A stretch of DNA of 64,000 nt from Psilocybe cubensis (taxonomy: Eukaryota): assembly GCA_017499595.2 (NCBI GenBank), contig CM039001.1, positions 1,612,001 through 1,676,000 on the forward strand, read 5' to 3'. Made by a program: the position numbers and the translations under genes. Positions 51,352-62,186 of this stretch are shown piece by piece; positions within the stretch are counted from its first letter, which is position 1, and each line of letters starts with the position of its first letter. Under the pieces are notes generated by a model. That model was not told the origin of the DNA, did not search any database, and saw nothing but the letters and a program-made list of their open reading frames with translations.

Positions 51352-51648
51352 AATCTTCCCTGGTCAAGTGCTTCGTGTTAAAGAATTTGCCAGCTAGATT
51401 GTCCAAGTCCATTTTGATAATTGTCTGACAAATGTAATACCATTATGAAGGTTGGAATTTGACTTTTTTGTTTACATTGCACATATGTTTTGTAATACAT
51501 TGGGAAATTATGAACACAGAAATATTTTTTCACCATGAAAGCACAAATTGTTGAATTCCAGTGAGTGTGAAGTTACCAGTACTTTATCATGCAATGTTCT
51601 GATCAATGTCAGTAAGGAACCGTCTACCGAGTATAATATAACAGGAAT

Positions 51649-53879
51649 CTACAGAGTAGCTACTATAATGGTTACAACAATGCTTACAATGATGGGGAAA
51701 ATACGGGAAGGAACCGAGGTGAGGCGCACAGCAGCAGAGCTTGTGTTCACATCCGCTGTGGCTGAAGTTGACGGAGTCGACGAAGTCGACAAAAGGGTCG
51801 TACTGGTGCTGGATGTTTTGGGTGGAAGTCCGCCTGCAAAAACGACTGCCATACCAGGGGCAGGGACTTGGACGGTACAACCGTTTGTGCAATCAAGTTG
51901 GGCATCAGGCACTGCCCATGAAGCATTTCCAGCAGACACCAATTCCCCATTACCTGCATTTGCGAAGGTTTGACCACCCCAAGCAATGTTCTTCTTTTCC
52001 TGCATGCTATTCCCCACCAGATATTTGACGACTACGTTTTTGCCACTGGTTGCGTTGAAAACCCCTGAAGGAACATCGAATAACGCAGTAGAGTTCAAAG
52101 ACGACGAAACATTGGCGAAATTGAAAAATACAAGCTGTTGAACGGTCGAGTCTCCAGCATCGTAGACGGCATACCCACTATACTTGACATTTGGGTTCGT
52201 TCTGGAGCCGTTGATGTTGAGGTCAGAAACAATACTTCCGTTCTGGGAACGTAAAGCTTCCGCGGTAACAAGCAAGCTGTAAAACGGAGGATTTGTTGTC
52301 CACAATCCAGGTGCGCCGTTGGGACCGGGAGGTGGTGTAAATAGATTATATGATATGCCTCTTTCGCGAGTATGGAGATATGCGGCGCTGTAGCCCACTG
52401 AGGCCAATTGAAGTGCGTAATCGATTGTCCACAAAGAGCCAACTGCAAAAGTGTCTGACAGCCCAGGAATACCTCCACAGGAAGCCGAATTGAACTCAGA
52501 CATGATCAGCTGCTGGTTATTTATCCTATTGGACACGACTTTCTTCACGCCCGCACCTTGCCATGATGCAAGCTCAACAACTGGCCAAATTAAAAATCAG
52601 AGACTGTAGAAAAGGTATTACATGTAAACCACTGACCATTTGAATGTTGCACATAATACGATATTTTATATTTATTAAACCCAAAGCAATTGTTTTGAGG
52701 ATAATGCTGGAGACTGATGTCTGTCTGTCAAAAAGTGGTAGAAGTAAAGTAGAGTACTTCCAAAACTTACGAGATGTATTTCAAAATGTCGCCGAAGGCG
52801 GAAGTATAGCCATCATCGAGAAGAGCATCCAGGTTCTAAAAGAGGTAAAATTAATATATCGACACGCGGTACTAGATTTAAGAAGGTTGAACAACGAACC
52901 CAGTCGCAACATATAGTTGGACCGCCAAGGTCGTGTTTGCTTAGAATGTTTCCAGCTGTGGTATTGGTAAGGTGATCGGAGGATGTTCTAAATTCCTATT
53001 GAAAAAATGGACTGCTAAGCGCCCACACTGGCTTAAATTAAGAAAGGGCCATACATCAATATATATCGCGGTGGTATAGTTTTTAATATGGGGTCGGTTG
53101 CCATGGGCAGTGTACAAGTCAGGCTCCTTGAAACCCGATGTTAAACAATATAGAAGATCTGCTAATGGCGACTCACATTTCCGAGTAAGAAGCCATCTAA
53201 GCTGTCTCCCAACCTTTGGGTAGCACTGCCTGCGGAGATTAAGAGGCCACGAGTTTTAAAAGTCGTAAGTAATATGTCATAATGTTGAGGCTCGTACCAG
53301 CGATAACTGGAACAGTGGGGTTATTCGGGTTGCGAAGAGAAAGACCTGTAGGTGTATACGCGTTAATCAGACGCTGCACTGAAAATCACCTAAGAAATCA
53401 TGACCTATCAGATACGCTGCACCTCCGATATTCGTCGCAACTGTTGCTAAAACATCCCAGAGTACAGGGCCATAGTGGACAGGTTGGTCATCGAAGTTGA
53501 AGTCCCCAGATATCAATTGCAGCATAGGTGTAGTTTGCGTTGGAACATATAGAGAATCGTCCATTGAATTCCCTCCTAAACGCATGCGCAGAGGCTGATT
53601 GCCTATACGATTTCGCAATGTGCTGAGGTAGTTGACAAATGGCTGTGGAATGGTCGTGGTGTCATTTCCAACTTGGAAAAGATTCAATAGCATGCGCCAG
53701 AAAATCACTTGAGATAACTCACAATATTCTGATACAAAACTTAGCTCAAAGCTGATCCCCAGGAAGTTTGGTTGTACGATATGGTTAGACGGAGGAGTAG
53801 ACGGTACAGATACATGGATGGCATCCGCGAGTACCAAGGGGAGAGCGCAAAACGCGACAAGAGCAAAAAAGCTAGACAT
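51649..53879 (-). CDS. Secreted, probably GPI-anchored glycoside hydrolase family 79 (beta-glucuronidase-like)
   Basis: Signal peptide MSSFFALVAFCALPLVLA, FLGISFELS, RLGGNS, acid/base GN|EPDLY, nucleophile MSEFNSASCGG, Ser/Thr stalk and hydrophobic C-terminus. Confidence 0.9.
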
Positions 53880-54562
53880 CGAGGCTTGAGAAATGAGTGT
53901 CGAAGAAGATATAAGTACCGATGGACCAAGGTGTTGGCAATCTGATAGAAGGTACCCTTGACTGCAAGAAATGAAGCTAAAGTAGGAAACTGGCATGGGA
54001 GTAAGCCAATGTTACCCAGTATTCGAATGGTACTTTCGTTTCATATTTTTAGAAGGTCGCAGTCCACGCTTACGGGATGCCAGCTATCTGGTACCCGTGG
54101 TGTGGAAGAGAAAACCTGATGAAATCCAGAAAAGCAAATCGTGATGCGCCTGAGATAAAACATGAATTATCCACGAAATGTCGGATTGTCGAGAAAATGA
54201 GCATATATCATCGTCGAGAATGTCCTTTACATGATATTTCTGCATTTCTACACCGTAGATTCCTTCAAGTCGAAGATAACAATGAAGTCACCATTTTCAT
54301 AGATGCTGCCAGTAACTGCCAGAAGTAGAAATGAAACATGGAAGAGGGACAGCTGTCAGTAACCTGCGCTGTTGTATTCCTGTAAACGACATGAGAGACG
54401 TATGCGCAAGCGATGGTTTGAAAGAACTTGAAGAGGCGATACGGGCAGTAGTTGATTTGTTAGTGCAGGTTAGCGCGCACTGCGGCGTTAATTCCCACGA
54501 GACCCTGTAATTTCACATGCGGCATTTGCCCCATGCTATCCCCATGACTTCCAGTTCCACAA

Positions 54563-56434
54563 ATGTGAGTTCATTACTTGAATCGACGTGCATAAACGCT
54601 TATCGTGCTCGCATTCTAGGCTGTTTCTTCCGCAAATCAATGGTCGCTTTCCAGTTGGCGTAACCACGTTCACCACCCCTGTGCGCCCAGCTCGCCCAAT
54701 TGGTACAGTCAAGCTTAAGAATCATCAAACACAAGAGAGCGCCCTCTTTCTGGAAGAAGTCGCATTTACTGCATATTACCCTGCAGAAGTTGATGGCTCC
54801 TCGCAAAAAGGTGTTTCATGGTTCCTTCGGTGCGCCCTTGTCTAAAGGATATAAACGCCACTTTACTCTCATACTCTGACGTTGCAGGCCGTTGAGGGAG
54901 TCACTACATGGCTTCGCAGCATTTCTAGGTAAAACTATGACAGCGAGAATTATTCGCCTCTGCTATAACTGACAGCGCGTCAAGGTGCCAGGGAATGGCT
55001 GTTGTGGCCTATAGTATACCTCTTTGGAGCTTTTGTAAAGGTAAGCTGGGAGACTGACAACCACTTCATGCCGCTCCAGGCTCATTAGCCGTCCCTCAGA
55101 TACCAGCCTATCCCAACGCCCCCCTTCTCAGCACTCGACAAACCGAAGATTTTACCCAGTGGCCATTGGTCATCTTTTCCCATGGGCTTGGGGCCGGAAG
55201 AACTGCATACAGGTAGTGAATCGCTTCGCCACTCTATGTATAACTTTGTTTATAAATGCTTGGGTGCAGCCAATACTGTTGCCGCCTGGCTGCCTCTGGT
55301 AAAGTCGTCCTTGCGGTCGAGCATCGAGATGGTACTGGTACCGTTTGTATGCGTCGCTCATGGAATGCAGAGGGGAAGTCAGAACCCAGAAAATTGTTTT
55401 ACCTACGGGAAACAGATGTACAGTAAGAAATATGCCATGGTCCATAAACCTTCATAATGACGCTCTTACAGTTTGGAAGATACTGATACAATAGACACCC
55501 ATCCAATACCCTTACGCGGCCAACAACTGGCGTTTCGCCACCATGAAATCTACATAACCTATTCGTCATTTTGTCGTTTCATCCAACAAGATTCGACCTT
55601 GGAATTTGACACTATAGACGGGAGCCCGTATGCTCAACATAGGTGGTCGGAATTGAACAATGCAGGCCAAAGTCTGATTCGATATGATAACGATGTCGTT
55701 TTAGCCGGCCATTCATTCGGGGGGTGCACTGTGGTAGGAAGCCATTCTAGTGACGTACTCTCAAAGGAGCTGAGTTTTTGTTTTCAGCTTTCTATACTTT
55801 CTACGAGACCTTATGATGGATATACATCAATACCAGTTGAAAGGGCCGTTATCTTGGATCCCTGGTTAGAACCGCTTCCTTCTCCTGGCCCTGTTCCGTT
55901 GCCAAATGATATTGCCGATGCTTATTGCCCAAAACCTGCCGAAAAAACTGTTAAGTCTTCTGATGATATCGTTTCTACCTCCTCGAGTGCAGATTCTGAG
56001 TTCAAAAAACCTCACCCATCTATTTTGGTGATTAACTCGGAAACCTTTACTTTATGGAAAGATCATTATACGCGGTTGAAAGACGTTATCGCGGGATGGG
56101 AACCCCAAGGTGATCGAATTTTGACTATAGGTATTCCCATTTCTCGATTCCTAAGCATATATTCGTCTAATTAAATTACTTGACTATATCAGTTGGCTCT
56201 GAACATGTGTCGTTCTCAGATTTTCCAGTACTTCCTATCCTTCGGAAGAAAAATGCTCGACTAATACTCGATACAATCACACAACTTTCTTTATCATTCC
56301 TAGGCGGTACCCTGGAAGAAACTCTTCATGTTGTCCCGACTGTGCCAATGGAAACCACAGTTATGGGGCTAAGAAAGGATGGTAGGCCCAAGAGAAAATT
56401 ATCAGGAAACGTTGGCGACGTCGTTGTACAATAA
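54563..56434 (+). CDS. PAF-acetylhydrolase-like (isoform II) phospholipase/esterase
   Basis: GRFPVG, WPLVIFSHGLG, AVEHRDGTG, AGHSFGG nucleophile elbow, LDPW, HVSFSDF. The ATG is split by intron 54565-54619. Confidence 0.85.
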
Positions 56435-56649
56435 TCCGAAGATTCAAGTACCGGCGCGCCTCTAAAGAGCCAATATGTCGCGTCTTAACGCAACGCTCTT
56501 TAATGTCCATTATTCTAGTAGACGCTATTATAATATGTGCTTGCTATGTACATATATCTCTTAATAATTTATTTTGTATCTGAATGGTAGAACTACATAT
56601 TATTTTCAGTACAAATTATTATTTCAAATCCTTGACGTCAACTACAACG

Positions 56650-57399
56650 ATGAACATCCGAGTAATGAGAGTACGAGAAGAATCCCTGCCTCTTCTGCAA
56701 ACCACTAAATTGCTTTAGGTGGAAGATATGATGGGGATGCAGGCGTGCAATCTGCAGAACCTTCCAGAGAACTACACAATGAAATACTGTCAGAACGTTT
56801 TCCTATCTTCACTATGCGCAACAGAGCAAAGTACCGAATATACGTTATCTATAGACATGTACCATGCGATGACCTGGCCTTCTATTTCTTATGTCGCTGA
56901 GGACCATAAAGGGCGAATTGTTGGATACATTTTGGCGAAAATGTGCGGGTCCGATATTTTTTGTTCGCGGTAGACATTTACAAACGCGACTGGCACCAGG
57001 GATGAGGAGTCGTTGGAGCCTGGAAAAGAGCCTCAGGGCCACGTTACGTCGATATCCGTTCTGCGCTCCTATCGAAGATTAGGATTGGCGAAGAAACTTA
57101 TGTTGCAATCCCGTATGCTCCGGTTGCAGTCATTTCCTCGCATTGTTGCCGTTACCTCACATTGCCTACCTCGCAGAAGAAGCCATGTCGAAGGTATACC
57201 GAGCCAGATACGTCTCACTGCACGTCCGTAAATCGAACAGAGCAGCGCTTGGGCTGTACAGGGATACATTGGGATTTACAGTGAAGGATATTGAAAAAGG
57301 ATACTGTGGGTTCATTGTGCATATCAAAGTCTCGTATCTTGCTCAACATTCGTAGATGCCGATGGAGAAGACGCGTACTCCATGCGTCTGTCGTTGTAA
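56650..57399 (+). CDS. ARD1: NatA catalytic N-terminal acetyltransferase Ard1/Naa10
   Basis: [64 protein letters not shown]. Confidence 0.95.
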
Positions 57400-57445
57400 T
57401 CCAAATACATATAATCCGTTATTTACTAGTACAAAGATCAAGGAA

Positions 57446-58929
57446 TCAAAACTGGACCAAATCACTGTGCTCGTCCTTGCTCGGTACAGGAAAGGGAGCG
57501 ATATCTGGCGAACCATCTGGTGGCGAAGGAACATTCTCGACGATTCCTCTACTTGACAGAACAGCGTCCCGAACGAGACCGGCGGTATCCAACCCAAGCT
57601 TGTAATAGCCGTCGTTTGTATTCCCTGCAAACATACCTATATGGCCCTGGATTTCATCAGACGCAACCCCGTTACTTGCGGGAAGGAAGTGGGCCTCCGC
57701 GCGACTCCCGTATTTTGGCAAGACAACGAATGTCCGAGAAGTAAGAAACTCGGGAGGATTAGGTGGGAGGATGGTATACAGACTTCGCGTATCCGCAACC
57801 ATTCAGAAACAGATGTCAACTTAAAGAAATGTCCATCTACTCACGTTCTGAAGACTACACCATATTCCTTCTCTATGTCTACCAGAGCCTCTACTCTCTT
57901 CTCTAGTGATTCCACGTCCCATAAGTTTCCGACAAATTTGAGGTGATCGCTCGCCCATGAAAATCCTATATTTAGATCGTCCTTCTTGTAGTAAGCGACC
58001 CCCGCCGCTGCTCCTGCCAGAACAGCGCCTCCCAAAGCAGCACCCCAGCCAGACCATGAAGATTGGGCAGGAGGAGTTGCAGATCTCCTGTTGCGTTCAG
58101 GTTGTGTCGCGTTTTTAGCCCCAAGCATGGCAATAGCTCCAAGCAGTGCACTGCCAACTGTCGTAGCAGTATTTGCATATTGGGCGGCTTTCGTGACGCT
58201 GTTTTTAACAACGAAAGGATGCAAACCAAAGTACTTCATACGCAACATGGGATAAGCATAATCAATAATCTAGCATCGCAACACATGAAGCTTACTGGAG
58301 TGTCAAATGCAATGCACGCAACTATTTTTGGCCAAAGGGGTGCGTTTTTATCAGGGCGAGTGTGTACAAATTCGCGAAGAGTATCGGCAGCAAGAAGGCC
58401 TCCCATGCTTGAGAGCAATAAGCAAGTCGCACCATGACGTGAAAAGTAGCAATGCATACCTATGCCCACATAATACGACCTTAGCCTTCCCTGCACCCAA
58501 TCCGGACGCTACTTCTCTTTCGACTACTAATGTGGTGAGCCAATCAGCAAAACGCACTACTGCTTTGTCCTGGAGTATCATAGTCGTTTAGTAGCTTATA
58601 CTACAAGAAGTCAATGTCGATGAGACTAACCAACTCTCCCTTCGTCTGTCAAAGATACAACATTATCAATCGCCCCTCTTCAACCCAGTTATAGTCGGGC
58701 GTTGGCGACATACCTCGTATGCAGGAAAGACTATGGACTCCGTCTTAACTTGAGGAATGATCTCAGTGAGAAGGTGCTCGAGACGTTTCGGAAAGTCACC
58801 AAAGGTTGTATCAGTTCCTTTGAATCCATGAATAAAAACGAGCAGGAGGAGTTCGGGTTCGAACTTCGTCAAGGCCATGCCATCATGGGGGTTGTTGGAA
58901 CTGGATAATTTAACAGAACCCGAGGACAT
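57446..58929 (-). CDS. DUF676-like alpha/beta-hydrolase (putative serine esterase/lipase)
   Basis: LVFIHGFKG, VLCGH|SMGGLL, AFDTPYFG, DEIQGHIGMF. Confidence 0.8.
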
Positions 58930-59302
58930 TTCTATCTGAATTTTATCTTATTGAATGACGTTGGCGTAAATGAGTTAGAGCAAAATGTTGTTCTAGGTTT
59001 CGGAGCATTGGCTGAGGCCCATGAATGTGCTGATAGATGTTCAAAGCTGCCACCACTATATACAGTATGCTATGGCTTGAAAGCTGATCACATGGGTCTA
59101 CATGCCGCACACTGCACATTGACCAAACACAGATGCAAATACACAATATGGACGAACGTAAATATTATAAGAAGCAAGAAGCAAGACGGTAAGGTATGTT
59201 CAACATGAAAGCAGAAAGCAAGAATCAATAAAGCGTAGGTGCCGTCGTGAACAGAGCGTTGGAGAGGTTTCCAGCAAATTTGGGCATGGTGAATTCCATT
59301 AT

Positions 59303-60904
59303 TTAATACTGAGACATACTTTGGCTTTCATAAGGCGCCTGAGTCTGCAATGGGGGATAAGAAAAATCGTCAACGGATTGTGACGAATCCATATACGATT
59401 GTGAGTCGTGCTGATTCAAAATATCACCGTAGATGTCATGCAACAAGGTATCATTATGAACCAAGGCCTGTTCACGAGCAGGAATTTCTTCGTTGATGCG
59501 ATTTTGTGACAGTTGAGCGGGTGAAATCTGTAGAGTTCCCGACCTGAATTTTTTCGACTTTGATGAATTCTGACCTTGACTGCGCTGGGAACAAGCAACG
59601 GCATTATTAGAATTTGAAGCGTCAAGATTACAGTTTTCGACTGCTCCAGACTGGTCAATGGACTGGTTGACACCACATTGAAGTGTAGGAGGCTGATACC
59701 AATTTTGTCGTTGCTGAGGGGTGCTTGTCGCATATTTTAATGATGATAGAGGAACTGGAGGAGAAAGATGTTCCATCTGACTGGATGATGCTGTCTTAGG
59801 TCTGTGAAAATGCAAAGGGAAGGAAGCTGTTGGCGGCTGGGTTTGGAATTGGGAGGGACCCTGTGTTAAAAGCTCATAGTGAGCCCCAACGAAGTGTGAG
59901 TCTTCGGTCGAGCTGGACTGGGTAAATTGTGGGTCCTGAAATGCATCAGGTCTTGTTATACTGTGATCCAACTTTGAGTGATGAGTTGGGTCTTCGGGCT
60001 CTGATGATTTCGAATGATGTGAAAAGTTCTGACTCGAAGTATCATCATTGTCTAGATCTTCTCCACTTTCATGTCCATCTTCGGAAGACTCAAAACTCTG
60101 CGTTAAGTGCTGTTCAACTGAGGCATGAGAACCGGTCGAAGAGTTGGCCGACTGTGACAATGGATGGTGTCGATATAATCGACCCTTCTTTGCGACAGGC
60201 TTGTGATAAAAATCATTGTCTGACTTGCGTTTAAAAGATCTGTCGACTAATGAGCTGAATGAAGGCGAATGAGGAATATCTGGTGCAGTAAATGAAGCTG
60301 AGGACTCAGTAGGAGAGCTAAGGGCCGCGAAACTGTGCGTATTCTCGTCCTGGTCCAGAGGGCGAATGTCTGCCGTAGGTATTGATATGATATCGTCCAT
60401 GTCCAAACTGTGTTCGTGCGAAGCATGCTCGATACTTCCAGGCAAGGGTTCATTGAAATGAAGAGGGGAAGTGTTTGCCCGACTGGTAACCGGAGGAGAA
60501 GGTAATGTTGAATGAGGCACCTTCGGGGATGCTTGTGACAGACCTGGTAGGTATATTAGTGAGTTCTGGGCAGGCGGTCGCACAAGATACATACCATGCC
60601 GAGAGTCTTTTGCTAACTTTTGAGACTGTTCATCTGCATTGTTACAGGTATGGCCGCTCAAGATATTTGAGAAGCGGAGGCTCTCGCCTATGCCTTCCTC
60701 TGCTCTTCGTATTAGGGACAAATCGCGCCTCCTCACAGGTATAGCGCAACGGGCATGCTGGTGAATGACATGATGGGCAAGTTCCGCGCCATTGGAAAAC
60801 GTAGACCGACACCAGCCCCATTTGCAGACAACTATCTCATACGAACCATCGGAAAAAGTTTTAGACGGTCCGGCTTGAGATTGCAAAGGCTGGTATATTG
60901 ACAT
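59303..60904 (-). CDS. Hypothetical protein with N-terminal C2H2 zinc finger and SQ/TQ-rich disordered region
   Basis: CKWGWCRSTFSNGAELAHHVIHQH followed by a long low-complexity ORF. Probable in-frame intron at 60544-60594. Confidence 0.75.
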   Translation of the reverse strand: MSIYQPLQSQAGPSKTFSDGSYEIVVCKWGWCRSTFSNGAELAHHVIHQHARCAIPVRRRDLSLIRRAEEGIGESLRFSNILSGHTCNNADEQSQKLAKDSRHGMYLVRPPAQNSLIYLPGLSQASPKVPHSTLPSPPVTSRANTSPLHFNEPLPGSIEHASHEHSLDMDDIISIPTADIRPLDQDENTHSFAALSSPTESSASFTAPDIPHSPSFSSLVDRSFKRKSDNDFYHKPVAKKGRLYRHHPLSQSANSSTGSHASVEQHLTQSFESSEDGHESGEDLDNDDTSSQNFSHHSKSSEPEDPTHHSKLDHSITRPDAFQDPQFTQSSSTEDSHFVGAHYELLTQGPSQFQTQPPTASFPLHFHRPKTASSSQMEHLSPPVPLSSLKYATSTPQQRQNWYQPPTLQCGVNQSIDQSGAVENCNLDASNSNNAVACSQRSQGQNSSKSKKFRSGTLQISPAQLSQNRINEEIPAREQALVHNDTLLHDIYGDILNQHDSQSYMDSSQSVDDFSYPPLQTQAPYESQSMSQY

Positions 60905-61164
60905 TCTGGGGGTAGGATTTATGCCACCTCGCGGGCGTGAATTTATAAGGGCGAATATGGCACCAAATTTCGAAAGCAAACGAAACAGAAAATATATGTG
61001 TAATTGAAGACCGGTATGAAGAGTAAGTAGTGCGGATGATAACTATGTCACTTTAGCAAGGGGCATGTGCCAACGAGTGACCTCAGACATCACAATTCAC
61101 AATCACAAACGTGATTGCCGAGTTTGTCTGCCTTGTTCATTTTCATTATCAGCTACATTGCATT

Positions 61165-62136
61165 ATGAAGTCAGTATAACCTTTCCCTTCAACAAATATG
61201 AAGCTAATTCAAGCCGCAGCAACTCCAAGGCCGCCTCTCTTGCTGCTCGTTTGGTCGAAAATAACCATCCAGGCCGGTTGAGGCATCGCGATGAGGAAGA
61301 TGACGACGACGAAGCCTTGTTTGCAGAACTGGAAGAGGAGATCGAGAACGACACCAATGCTTCCGTCAGAGAGCATGGTCTTCAGGTTCTCAAGGCAGAG
61401 TAAGGTGCGGTCGCTCTTCAGAAACTACCACATCGCTCATAGATTTCAATGTAGAATGGAGCGAATGAAGCATAAAAAGGCGAACCACTATGGCGAATAT
61501 ACAGAGATTACGGACGAGAAGGAGGTGGTTCAAGTGAGTGCGTGAGTTCTTCTTTGATTGCTTTCCTCTTCCTTCAAGCTGACCAGCGGTCGATAGACGT
61601 GAACCGAGATGCGTTGTTCATTTCTATCACACGAAGTTTAAACGATGTGAGATAATGGACAAACACCTTGCCGTACAGATCTATCCTTCTTTCCAGTATG
61701 ACAGTCTTGGTTGACTTTCCTTAGAAACTGGCACCGAAATATACAAATACGCGATTCTTCCGGGTCTTCGTCGAGAACATTCCATGGCTTGTCGAAAAGC
61801 TCTTCATTAAAGTTTTGCCCTGTGTTATCTGTTTTGTCGACGGTATAGCTAAGGATCGGTACGTTTCATTATTCCCCATGTCACTTTGTCATCTAAAGTC
61901 TTCGTTAGATTGGTCGGATTCGAAGAATTAGGCAATGATGATATGTTCAGCACGGCAGTTCTTGAGCTACGCCTGGCGCAGTCAAGTCAGTCATACAATC
62001 CTTCATATCCTATGTCTCTCACATCATTTTAGATGCTATTCAGAAATCAAGTGGTAATGCTCTAGAACCACTTTTCAAAGTATCTTCTTCGCGTAGACAG
62101 GAGCAAAAGGATGACGACGACGAGTTTGATATGTAA
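61165..62136 (+). CDS. Phosducin-like thioredoxin-fold protein (Plp1/TXNDC9 type)
   Basis: DDEALFAELEEE, RCVVHFYHTKFKRCEIMDKHLA, IPWLVEKLFIKVLPCV, LVGFEELG. Confidence 0.88.
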
Positions 62137-62186
62137 AATAATGCAAACTGGTTTACAACTTGATCTACAATTAATAACAGAAGTAA

